A stretch of 64,000 bases of DNA from Omnitrophica WOR_2 bacterium RIFOXYA2_FULL_38_17. GTDB taxonomy: Bacteria > Omnitrophota > Gorgyraeia > Zapsychrales > Zapsychraceae. The stretch spans positions 429 through 64,428 of the forward strand of contig MHHG01000072.1 of assembly GCA_001805965.1 (NCBI GenBank). Reading direction: 5' to 3'. The translations under genes were made by a program, and so were the position numbers. The notes below the pieces were generated by a model, which did no database searches, was not told where the DNA came from, and was given only the letters and a program-made list of their open reading frames with translations. This document shows, piece by piece, positions 37,135 through 46,491 of the stretch (positions are counted from its first letter, which is position 1; each line of letters opens with the position of its first letter).

Positions 37135-39204
37135 ATGAGAATGACCATTGGCAAAAAATTATGGATCAGTTTTGGGATACTTATATCCTTGATGCTTATA
37201 ATGTCAGCGATATCTTTTTATTCAATTCAGAACATTAAAGATGTCATGGAGATAGAAGTAGAGAAAATTTTTAAAGATGTTTCAAGCTCGGCTGACAGAA
37301 CTTTTTCTTTAAATCGTGACCTAGATGGTTCTGATGAACAAATTAATAGAAATATTGAGGAGATTTCTAATCTGCTCCAGAAAAAAATTGACTTGATTGT
37401 TAAAAAAGGAATGTTAGATACAAATGATAATATAGTTAAGTCAAGTCGTGTTGCTAAAATAGCTGTAGTTCTCATGGGTGTGCTGAGCGTAGTTTTAGGA
37501 TTGGGTTTATTGACAATAATAGACAGAATGGTATCTGTTCCGATATCAAAGTTGAACCATGCAACTGATGAATTAAGTAAGGGCAATTTGAGCATCAATA
37601 TTGATATTGACACTAAAGATGAAATTGGTGATTTAGCAGCTTCGTTTAATCAGATGACAAAGAACCTGCGCAATACGATTTATTCTAGGGATTGTGAGAT
37701 CACTGAACGTGAGTGGGCTGAAGAAAAAGTCAGGGAGTCAAAGGAAGAGCTTGATGTTGTTATTAGGAATATTAACGATATTGTTTTCCAGCTCACACCT
37801 TTAGGCTTTTACAGGTATATTAATCCGCGCTCAAAAAAGATCTTGGGGTATGACCCGGGTGAGTTGATCGGTAAACACATAAAAGTTACAACACCATTAA
37901 ATGATATTACAAAAGTTTCTGATGCTTTGATGCGGGTTCTTAAGGGAAGAGAGGTTTTTGGCTTAGAAATAAGACAGAAGCATAAAGAGGGAGAAGTCCT
38001 TTTTGTTGAGATTAACGCTGTTCCAATAAAAAAAGATGGTAAGGTCATTGCTATACAAGGGATAATGAGGGATGTAACTGACAGGAAAAAGGCTGAAGAG
38101 GTTGCTTTTCAAATGTTTGATGTTGCCGCAGATGGTATGAGGCTTATTGATAAGGATTTTAATATGTTGAGGGTTAATGACACTTTTCTTCATATGTCGG
38201 GTGTTAGCAAGGATAAGATAGAGAATGTGAAATGCTATGATTATTTTCAATGTGAATTTTGTGAAACAGAGCAATGCCCGATGTTTCAAATGTCCAGAAA
38301 AAAGAGAAGAATAGAATTGGAAGTTGTTTGCATGAAAGCGGACGGTAATGGTATTCCATGTATTTTAACAGCCACTCCTTTTATGAATGCTAGCGGTGAG
38401 TTTGTTGGTATTATTGAAGACTTTAAGGATATATCCGAGTATAAAAAGGCTGAAGAAAAGAGACTGGGGCTTGAATCTCAGTTAAGACAATCACAAAAAT
38501 TAGAGTCAATTGGTACCATGGCCAATGGAATTGCCCATAGTTTGAATAATATTATTGGAGCTATTCGAGGTTATGCTGATATGGCTATGGAAAATCAGCC
38601 CAAAGATACAAAAATAAGAAATTATATTGAACACATTATTAAAGGGACTAAAGACGCAAAAGAACTCTCAAGTCAGATGCTTATCTTTAGCAGGAAAGAA
38701 ATAACGGATCTAAGAGAAGTGCAGCTTCAACATTACATTGAAGAAGCAGTTAATTTTGTTGAAGCAGCTATGACATCTCCTGTTAAAGTTGTTAGAAATA
38801 TTAATGAAAAATGTGGAAGTGTTTTAGCTGATCCTAATCAAATCCAGCAGGTTGTTATGAATCTTTGTATGAATGCGTATCAAGCAATGAGTGAAAAGGG
38901 CGGCGGGGTTCTTGAGATCGTTTATGATGAGTTTAGAATAGATCAAGAGTTTGCTGAAAAATATGCAAATTTATATGAGGGAAAGTATGCAAAATTATCG
39001 ATAATTGATACAGGAAGCGGTATTGATGAAATGACTATGGTGAGGATGTTTGAGCCATTTTTTACGACTAAAAAAGTTGGAGAGGGAAGTGGCTTGGGTC
39101 TTTCTGTTGTTCATGGTATAGTTAGAGAACATAATGGAGAGATTATTGTAAATAGTGAAAAAGACAAGGGCACATGTTTTGATGTTTATCTGCCGTTGGC
39201 ATAA
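37135..39204 (+). CDS. HAMP-PAS-PAS sensor histidine kinase
   Basis: TM-HAMP, two PAS domains (second with CYDYF.C..C....CP), H-box [21 protein letters not shown]. Confidence 0.92.
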   Translation: MRMTIGKKLWISFGILISLMLIMSAISFYSIQNIKDVMEIEVEKIFKDVSSSADRTFSLNRDLDGSDEQINRNIEEISNLLQKKIDLIVKKGMLDTNDNIVKSSRVAKIAVVLMGVLSVVLGLGLLTIIDRMVSVPISKLNHATDELSKGNLSINIDIDTKDEIGDLAASFNQMTKNLRNTIYSRDCEITEREWAEEKVRESKEELDVVIRNINDIVFQLTPLGFYRYINPRSKKILGYDPGELIGKHIKVTTPLNDITKVSDALMRVLKGREVFGLEIRQKHKEGEVLFVEINAVPIKKDGKVIAIQGIMRDVTDRKKAEEVAFQMFDVAADGMRLIDKDFNMLRVNDTFLHMSGVSKDKIENVKCYDYFQCEFCETEQCPMFQMSRKKRRIELEVVCMKADGNGIPCILTATPFMNASGEFVGIIEDFKDISEYKKAEEKRLGLESQLRQSQKLESIGTMANGIAHSLNNIIGAIRGYADMAMENQPKDTKIRNYIEHIIKGTKDAKELSSQMLIFSRKEITDLREVQLQHYIEEAVNFVEAAMTSPVKVVRNINEKCGSVLADPNQIQQVVMNLCMNAYQAMSEKGGGVLEIVYDEFRIDQEFAEKYANLYEGKYAKLSIIDTGSGIDEMTMVRMFEPFFTTKKVGEGSGLGLSVVHGIVREHNGEIIVNSEKDKGTCFDVYLPLA

Positions 39205-39233
39205 ATTGGACTTAATATAAAAGGGGGTGTTTT

Positions 39234-39611
39234 ATGGCGAGAATTCTTGTAATTGACGATCATGATGAGTTTCAGAGCATGCTATGTGAGCTGCTCAGAA
39301 AAGCTGGTCATGAAGTAACAGGTGCATCTGATGGGAACGAGGGAATATTGTTGGGTAAAAAATTGAATTTGGATTTAGTCATTACTGATATCATTATGCC
39401 CAATAAAGAGGGAATGGAAACAATTATAGAATTTAAGAAGTTGCTTCCGAATTTGCCAATTATTGCTATCTCCGGAGGAGGCAGAGGGGATCCTCAGAAT
39501 TATTTAAAGGGGACAAGGCTGTTGTCTAATGTGAAGTACACTTTTGCAAAACCATTAGAGACAGATAAATTGTTGCAGGCAATAGATGATTTGGTCGGAA
39601 AAGAATTATGA
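39234..39611 (+). CDS. Single-domain response regulator (receiver)
   Basis: MARILVIDD, DLVITDIIMPNKEG, KP; paralog of 33175..33552. Confidence 0.93.
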   Translation: MARILVIDDHDEFQSMLCELLRKAGHEVTGASDGNEGILLGKKLNLDLVITDIIMPNKEGMETIIEFKKLLPNLPIIAISGGGRGDPQNYLKGTRLLSNVKYTFAKPLETDKLLQAIDDLVGKEL

Positions 39612-39786
39612 CCTTATTTTTCAGGTAGTGTTTTCTGCTTTTGCATTGCAATAAAATGAATGTTGACTTATATTATTTGTTAATCATTCAGCTTTTGATA
39701 AAAGTTATTAATCCTATTCGTTTTTATTTTAATATTCTGGCAAAGAATTTTTGTATAAAATAATAATGGCTACTTGAGATTAAGTT

Positions 39787-41679
39787 ATGGATTTTAAAGG
39801 TTTATTAAAAGAACAGATAGCGAAGCGTTTTGGGTTAAAAGATAATATTCCTGACAAATTAATGCCTTTTATTGAAGAGGTTGATAGCTTGTATGGGCAG
39901 ATGGCGAAGGAGCATACAGGTAAAGATGCGCAGATCCAAGAATTAAACAAAGAGATAGAAGCTTTGAAGCTGCAATTAGAAAGATATACGATTTCTTCGC
40001 TTGGATCCGAAGAAGGTTTATGGGATTGGAATTTTGACACTAATGAGATTTATTATTCAAAGAACTGGAAGAAGATCATTGGCTATGAAGATGATGATAT
40101 CACGGGGACGCCTGATGAATGGTTCGCAAAGATACATCTTAATGATGTTGATCGGGTAAAAAAAGTTTTTTCAGTTAATAAGAAAAATCCAAATTCTACA
40201 GTCAGCACCACTTATCAAATCCTGCATTCTGATGGAGAATATCGTTGGGTTACAACAAAAGGAACCTTCCTTGATAATAAGGATGGAAGAATCAACAGGA
40301 TCGTTGGATCCCATAAGGATATTACGCTTCAGAAAGTAGCGGAGCATCAATTGCTTCATGATGCGCTTCACGACAATCTTACCGGCTTAGCTAATAGAGC
40401 TTTATTTTTTGATAGATTGACTTTTTTCATTGAACGTGCAAAGAGAGTAAAAGACTATAAATATGCAGTTGTATTTATGGATTTGGATAGATTCAAGGTC
40501 ATTAATGATAGTTTAGGCCATTTATTTGGAGATCAACTGCTTATTCAAATAGCCGAGATTTTGAAAAAGAATATGAGAGGTAACGACACAATTGCTCGAT
40601 TAGGAGGAGATGAGTTTACTATCCTTTTAGATAATGTTGAGGATATTGGAGATGCAATACGGTTTTCAAAACGTATTCAAAGAGAGATAACAACATCATT
40701 TAATATTAAAGGCCATGATGTTTTTGTGACAGCAAGTATTGGCATTGCAATAAGTACGCCAGAAATAAAGAGGCCGGAAGAGATATTGAGAAATGCAGAT
40801 ATATCAATGTATCAAGCAAAAGCAAAGGGAAGATCCAGGCACGAAGTATATCGACCCGAAATGCATACGACGGCCTTAAATCTCTTTTATCTGGAAAAAG
40901 ATTTAAGAAATGCAATTGACAATAAAGAATTTGAACTATATTTTCAGCCGATCATTTCGTCAGAAAGTGGAAAAATTGTACGATTGGAATCATTGATCAG
41001 ATGGAATCATCCTGAAAGAGGGCTTGTTAATCCATTGTCATTTATACCGCTGGCTGAGGAAACGGGTATGATTATAGATATTGGCGAGTGGGTGTTGAAA
41101 CAATCTTGTGTCGAGAGCAAGAAGTGGCAGGATTTATTTAATATTGATATTGGGGTTTCTGTCAATTTTTCTGCAAGACAGTTTCAATTTCAGAATATTG
41201 CTAAATTGATCCAAAAAGTATCAAAAGATACAAATATTAATCTTCATAATTTGGAGATAGAGATCACTGAAACAACGGCAATGAAGAATATTGATTATAG
41301 CGTTAAAGTTCTAAATGAGTTGAAGTTATTGGGTCTAAAAATTTCAATTGATGATTTCGGGATCGGATATTCTTCTTTAAGCTGTATAAATATTTTGCCG
41401 ATAGATTCAATTAAGATTGATCGTACGTTCACAAGGAATATTGGAGGTGACACAAAGAACGTAATAATTGTAGAGAATCTTATATCAATGGCCCATAATC
41501 TTAATTTAAAGGTTGTGGCAGAAGGAGTAGAAACTCCGGAACAGCTTCAATTCTTAATGGAAAAGAAGTGCGATGAATTGCAGGGATACTTGTTTAGTAA
41601 GCCATTGTCGCGTGAAAAGATGTATGAATTTATTGAAAAACAAAACAATGGATATGATCTCAAGGCTTACTATAAATAG
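39787..41679 (+). CDS. PAS-GGDEF-EAL diguanylate cyclase/phosphodiesterase
   Basis: PAS (GLWDWN), DNLTGLANR, RxxD I-site RGND before GGDEF, EAL variant ESLIRW, DDFGIGYSS, AEGVET. Confidence 0.95.
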   Translation: MDFKGLLKEQIAKRFGLKDNIPDKLMPFIEEVDSLYGQMAKEHTGKDAQIQELNKEIEALKLQLERYTISSLGSEEGLWDWNFDTNEIYYSKNWKKIIGYEDDDITGTPDEWFAKIHLNDVDRVKKVFSVNKKNPNSTVSTTYQILHSDGEYRWVTTKGTFLDNKDGRINRIVGSHKDITLQKVAEHQLLHDALHDNLTGLANRALFFDRLTFFIERAKRVKDYKYAVVFMDLDRFKVINDSLGHLFGDQLLIQIAEILKKNMRGNDTIARLGGDEFTILLDNVEDIGDAIRFSKRIQREITTSFNIKGHDVFVTASIGIAISTPEIKRPEEILRNADISMYQAKAKGRSRHEVYRPEMHTTALNLFYLEKDLRNAIDNKEFELYFQPIISSESGKIVRLESLIRWNHPERGLVNPLSFIPLAEETGMIIDIGEWVLKQSCVESKKWQDLFNIDIGVSVNFSARQFQFQNIAKLIQKVSKDTNINLHNLEIEITETTAMKNIDYSVKVLNELKLLGLKISIDDFGIGYSSLSCINILPIDSIKIDRTFTRNIGGDTKNVIIVENLISMAHNLNLKVVAEGVETPEQLQFLMEKKCDELQGYLFSKPLSREKMYEFIEKQNNGYDLKAYYK

Positions 41680-41787
41680 TCTTAAAATCTCATATGAAAG
41701 TATTTCTTTTAATTAAGATGGTTTTTTCTTGAGAGATAATTGTACGTGGATCAATTCTTTGCGAAGAAAGCGGAAATTGAAAAAGAT

Positions 41788-42180
41788 TTAAGTGTTGTCG
41801 GTTCTTTCCTCTATAGCTCTTTCAACAACTCCTAAAACCTCTCCATTGTCAAATGGTTTGTACAGATAGTATACGTGTCCGCCAGATGCGACAAAATTCT
41901 TTTCGGTGTCTCTGATAGAATCATCTAATGACCCAGTCATTAAAACGAGGATCGCTCCTGTCCCAAATTTGGCAATCTCTTTACAGGTTTCAACTCCATT
42001 TAGCCCTGGCATAACGTAATCAATAAGGACAACATCATATTTGTTTTCTTGAGCAAGTTGTATCGCTTCCTTGCCTGATTCAACGCAGGTCACTTCATAA
42101 TCGGCCTCTTCAAGTTCTTTCTTGATAACTCTAAGAATAATTGTACAATCATCAACGATTAATATTTTTCCTTTGTTCAT
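41788..42180 (-). CDS. Single-domain response regulator (receiver)
   Basis: MNKGKILIVDD, LIDYVMPG.NG, KPF. Start at 42180 has an AGGGG RBS. Confidence 0.9.
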   Translation of the reverse strand: MNKGKILIVDDCTIILRVIKKELEEADYEVTCVESGKEAIQLAQENKYDVVLIDYVMPGLNGVETCKEIAKFGTGAILVLMTGSLDDSIRDTEKNFVASGGHVYYLYKPFDNGEVLGVVERAIEERTDNT

Positions 42181-42333
42181 TTTTTTCCCCTGTTCATCAT
42201 ATTTGTTCTTTAAAAGCTGTTTTTTACTCAAATAAATATTTATAAAACTGTTAGCGAGTATTAACTTGTTTGACAATCTAAATATAATCTTAACACATCA
42301 TTAAATTTAATGCTATTGCATTAATGATAAAAT

Positions 42334-43869
42334 TTATATTGTTTGCTCAAAGGTCTCAGTTGCTAAAATCGGAAAGGCTATAATAAATTTTGTCCCGAAG
42401 CCGACTTCGCTTTCAATGAAAATTTTGCCGTTATGCTTATCAATAATGCCATTAGAAACTGCAAGGCCAAGGCCAGTGCCTCTTCCGATCTCTTTTGTTG
42501 TAAAGAAAGGGTCGAATATTTTGACCAGATGCTCTTTCTTTATGCCACTGCCCGTATCTGCAATTTCAAGCAGAACATTTTTTCCGCTGGAAGATACTTT
42601 TGTGGTGATTGTGATCTCTCCGCCATCAGGCATCGCATCTTTAGCATTCGAGATCAAATTGACCACTACCTGCTGAATCTTTCCTTTATCGCCATTGATA
42701 AATGGTAGAAATGGGTCAAGGTATTTATTAACTTTGATTTTGGCTTTTATCAATTGGTATAAAATAAAGTTCAAAGACGAGTCTACGGCATCATTTATAT
42801 TTAGTTTTGTTAGTTTTAACTTTGAGTCGCGCGAGAAGCTTAAGAGATCAGTTACAATCGCTGCTATATGTTCACAGGCAGATATCATATCAAGATAATC
42901 AAGGTAATCTTCTGACTCCTTATTAAGCTTCTTCTTTCTTAGCCTAAGGAGCGTTAGGACACCGGCTAATGGATTATTGATCTCATGGGCAACCCCGGAG
43001 GCCAGCATTCCAAGGCTGGATAGCTTTTCCGATTGTATTAATTTGTTTTGGGTTTTCTTGATTTCCATTGCCATTTTTCGAAAAGAATCTGCAAGGTCGC
43101 CAATTTCGTCGGATCTGTTGATAGGGATTTCAACATCGTATTCACCAGCTCCAATTTTTGCAGTTAATTTTGATAGTCTTGCTATTGGTTCGGCAAGTCT
43201 TTTTCCAATCAAAAAAGCTAAGATCACTCCTAAAAGAGCAGAAGAAAGGGCTACTATGTGTATAGTGACAACATTATGGCTCAAGCCTATTTTTCTAAAA
43301 AAGGTGTGGTCCTCTTTTATCGAGGAGATGTCTTTTCTCATTTTTTCCAAAGAAAAGCCTACTCGGATACCTCCAATAATTTTATTGTCATAAAAAATAG
43401 GGTTTGAAGCATCTATTATTTCGTTCGAGTACTGTATCAGCATTTTGTTTGATTCAATAGCGTTTCTGCTTATTCTATCCGCAAGGACATTTCCTTTTAA
43501 AAAAGCATCATTTTTGTACCCGCTTTCAATTATCTTTCCCTTATTGTCATAAATGTAAGAATATTCTATTTCGGGAAAGGCCGAAGTTGATTCTAAAATA
43601 GAGCGCATTTCCTCAAAGTCGGAATTATAAAGAGGATTTTTCAATGCGATCCCTAAATAAGTAACAAGCATTTGAGCTTTTTGTTTAACTTGGTATAAAT
43701 ACTTTTCTTCAAAAGAACGTGCACTAGTTTCCTTTATTTGATTTAAAGTGGTATTAAATTGAAGAAAAGATGTGTAGGATAAGACACTGACAGTGGAGAA
43801 TGTAACTGCAATAATAGTTAATGCATATCGGCTACCCAGAGGGATTTTAAAAAGCTTTTTTTGAGCCAT
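42334..43869 (-). CDS. HAMP sensor histidine kinase (NtrB-type)
   Basis: Two TMs, HAMP, QSEKLSSLGMLASGVAHEINNPL, NAKDAM, DTGSG, FDPFFTTK. Start may be 43869 or 43917. Confidence 0.92.
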   Translation of the reverse strand: MAQKKLFKIPLGSRYALTIIAVTFSTVSVLSYTSFLQFNTTLNQIKETSARSFEEKYLYQVKQKAQMLVTYLGIALKNPLYNSDFEEMRSILESTSAFPEIEYSYIYDNKGKIIESGYKNDAFLKGNVLADRISRNAIESNKMLIQYSNEIIDASNPIFYDNKIIGGIRVGFSLEKMRKDISSIKEDHTFFRKIGLSHNVVTIHIVALSSALLGVILAFLIGKRLAEPIARLSKLTAKIGAGEYDVEIPINRSDEIGDLADSFRKMAMEIKKTQNKLIQSEKLSSLGMLASGVAHEINNPLAGVLTLLRLRKKKLNKESEDYLDYLDMISACEHIAAIVTDLLSFSRDSKLKLTKLNINDAVDSSLNFILYQLIKAKIKVNKYLDPFLPFINGDKGKIQQVVVNLISNAKDAMPDGGEITITTKVSSSGKNVLLEIADTGSGIKKEHLVKIFDPFFTTKEIGRGTGLGLAVSNGIIDKHNGKIFIESEVGFGTKFIIAFPILATETFEQTI

Positions 43870-44088
43870 GAGTTCTATATAGTTTATAACATTAGTTAAT
43901 AATATTTTTATATGCACTCATATTGTTACATTTAATAACCAAAATTTGCAAGTAAAGAATTTACTTTATTGCAAGTAGTGTGCTTATGGCAAGGTTGTTA
44001 TTTGTGATAAAATTGTTGTTGATAGAATATTGCATGATATATATAATGTTTCTATGTTATTGCTGTGTAAAGACATAAAAATTTAATT

Positions 44089-44118
44089 GGCGATCCTTGG
44101 GAAGGATTGCCTTTTTTT
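44089..44118 (+). terminator. Terminator-like hairpin in the leader of the 716-aa gene
   Basis: GGCGATCCTT-ggg-AAGGATTGCC-TTTTTTT, 22 nt before ATG 44141. The upstream gene is divergent. Confidence 0.65.
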
Positions 44119-44140
44119 ATTTGAGAGGAGATAAAAGATA

Positions 44141-46291
44141 ATGTTCAATTTAAAAAAGTTTTTTCAGTTATTGTTGATCATTTTTTTGATGGCTGCAGCA
44201 CCAAAGGATTTATTTGCAGGTTCAATTAAAGGAAAGTTGCAGGAGAGGCTTAATGAAGAAAGCAATATACAATATGAGCCATATTATATGGACAGTAATG
44301 CGTCTAGACAGCAAAGAGCTGAAATGCCGATGACTAATGCTGTTGCAGCAAGAAATAGGGTGGATCAAAGTGCTCAGGTCATGAATATGGTTGCTGAAGA
44401 ATTAATAGCTCCTAATGATCCATATCAGCCTGTCTTATCACCATTTGCTATTTACAACATGAATTACACGGCAGAACTTGATGAAAATGTTGTTACAGTT
44501 AAAGGAAAAGTGATCTTTGAGATTTTCAAGAAAGAAGGATGGACCCAATTGCCTATTGTTAATAATAGTGTAGGCTTGATCGATGTTAGGGTGAATAAAG
44601 GTAAATCATTTGTAGTTAATCAGAATGGTCAATACTATCTTATGATAGACAAGCCGGGTCGATATAATTTAGATGTTGAATATTTAATTAAAGCAAAACG
44701 TGAAAGGGAATTCGGACCGGGCAATTTTATAGTAGATGTAATGCCAGCCCCAATCTCACAATTTGAATTCATTATACCAGAGCAAAATGTTCAGGTATTC
44801 ATAGAGCCGGCAATTAAAGTTGAGCTATCAAAAGAGGCAGACAAGACCATAGCTTGGGCGGTTATGCCTAATACCAGCACGATCTCTGTCAGATGGACAA
44901 AGGCGTTGACAAGGGAAGAAATCGTTCCCATAAAATTAGAGCCAAAGGCCTATGTTACGACGTCTACTAATTCTTCTGTTGGCGGTGGCGTAATAAGCAG
45001 CCAGTCAATTTTGAACTATTCTATTTTACAGTCTGAGATATCTTCATTTAGAGTAGCTTTGGCTGAAGATGTTAGCGTGCTTGATGTCAGATGCAATGAC
45101 CTGCGTGATTGGAAAATAGTTAAGAAAGATGGCATGCAGGTCCTCGAAGTATTCTTGAATTTTGGGATAAAGGGAAACGTGCAATTAACTATTACATATG
45201 AAAGAGCAATAGGGGAAGGCTCTCAAATTGTTCAAATGCCCTGGGTGAGAGCTTTGGATGTTGAACGTGAAAATGGTTTCTATGGAGTCGCCGCAAGTAC
45301 TAATGTTGAGTTGGCCGTAAAAAGTTCAGACAAGGTTACAGAGATAGATACCAAACAGCTTCCAGCAGAAATCTGGAGAAGTTCAGCCAATCCTATATTA
45401 TTGGCATTTAAATATCTCAATCACCCTTTTGATATTAATATTGAAGTTACCCGCCATGAAGAGTTGCCTGTTCTTATTGCGGCAATAGATTCAGCTGATC
45501 ATGTTACTTTGTATACAAATGAAGGGAAGATCCTTACAAAAGTGACTTATTTGGTAAGAAATAATGTAAAACAGTTCTTAAGAATAAATCTTCCAAAAGA
45601 TGCTGTTATCTGGAGTGCTTTTGTTTCAGGTGAGCCGGTGAAACCTGCCAAAGATAAAAGCGGCCACATTATGATACCATTAAAGAAGTCTCAGCAAAGC
45701 GGGCAGAACCTGACACAGGTCCCGGTTCAGATCGTTTATCTGGATAAGAGCCCTAAAATGGGGATGTTCGGTAAGTTAAAGATCCAATTACCAAAAGTTG
45801 ATGTTCCTATCAATCAATTTAACTGGTCTATCTTTATGCCTGATGAATATTCTTATTTTAATTTTGACGGGGATATTAAGAAGGTTGAAAATGTTTATAG
45901 AAGGCAAAGAAGAAGTAATATTCCAATTGTGGGAGAGTATCTTGCAAGAGGTGTTCAGGGGCGTATGAGATCTTCTGCAGACCAGATCGGTGATCAATTC
46001 TCGCCAATGCAACAAAGGATGGAAATTCAAAGAGAATTTGAAGATATATCCACAAATGTGGCCAAAGGAATATTGCCAATTCAAATTGATGTGCCTCAAG
46101 AAGGAAAGCTTTTGCAGTTTTCAAAGCTTCTTGTTGTTGAAGGTGAGAGCCCTTGGATGAGCGCTAGCTATACAGCAGTCATTGAAAAGGCAAAAAAACC
46201 GATTAAGGTGATCATCTGGGGATTGGCTGTTCTGTTATCGTTTTTAGTTATTAAAAAACACGGTAAGAAAAAGAAGGAAAAAGTTAATTAG
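44141..46291 (+). CDS. Large exported hypothetical protein with C-terminal membrane anchor
   Basis: GAGAGGAG RBS, signal peptide, beta-rich body, C-terminal TM followed by a Lys-rich tail. Confidence 0.75.
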   Translation: MFNLKKFFQLLLIIFLMAAAPKDLFAGSIKGKLQERLNEESNIQYEPYYMDSNASRQQRAEMPMTNAVAARNRVDQSAQVMNMVAEELIAPNDPYQPVLSPFAIYNMNYTAELDENVVTVKGKVIFEIFKKEGWTQLPIVNNSVGLIDVRVNKGKSFVVNQNGQYYLMIDKPGRYNLDVEYLIKAKREREFGPGNFIVDVMPAPISQFEFIIPEQNVQVFIEPAIKVELSKEADKTIAWAVMPNTSTISVRWTKALTREEIVPIKLEPKAYVTTSTNSSVGGGVISSQSILNYSILQSEISSFRVALAEDVSVLDVRCNDLRDWKIVKKDGMQVLEVFLNFGIKGNVQLTITYERAIGEGSQIVQMPWVRALDVERENGFYGVAASTNVELAVKSSDKVTEIDTKQLPAEIWRSSANPILLAFKYLNHPFDINIEVTRHEELPVLIAAIDSADHVTLYTNEGKILTKVTYLVRNNVKQFLRINLPKDAVIWSAFVSGEPVKPAKDKSGHIMIPLKKSQQSGQNLTQVPVQIVYLDKSPKMGMFGKLKIQLPKVDVPINQFNWSIFMPDEYSYFNFDGDIKKVENVYRRQRRSNIPIVGEYLARGVQGRMRSSADQIGDQFSPMQQRMEIQREFEDISTNVAKGILPIQIDVPQEGKLLQFSKLLVVEGESPWMSASYTAVIEKAKKPIKVIIWGLAVLLSFLVIKKHGKKKKEKVN

Positions 46292-46312
46292 TAAGCAATA
46301 TATATTAATGAC

Positions 46313-46384
46313 AAGAAGCCAGGAAGTCTTATAAGTTATTGGTAATAAATGGTTTATCGATAACAATGGGGTTCCTGGTTTTTT
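46313..46384 (+). terminator. Long rod-like hairpin with U tail (terminator or structured RNA)
   Basis: AAGAAGCCAGGAA/TTCCTGGTTTTTT, TCTTAT/ATGGGG and GTTATTGGTAA/TTATCGATAAC nested helices. Confidence 0.6.
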
Positions 46385-46491
46385 ATTATTACTATTCTTA
46401 ATCTTATTTAGAGGCTTTACTTGTTATTATTTGTTTAGTATTTTATACTTAAATAGATCTTTCTAATACTAATAAACTTATTGAGATTTTT

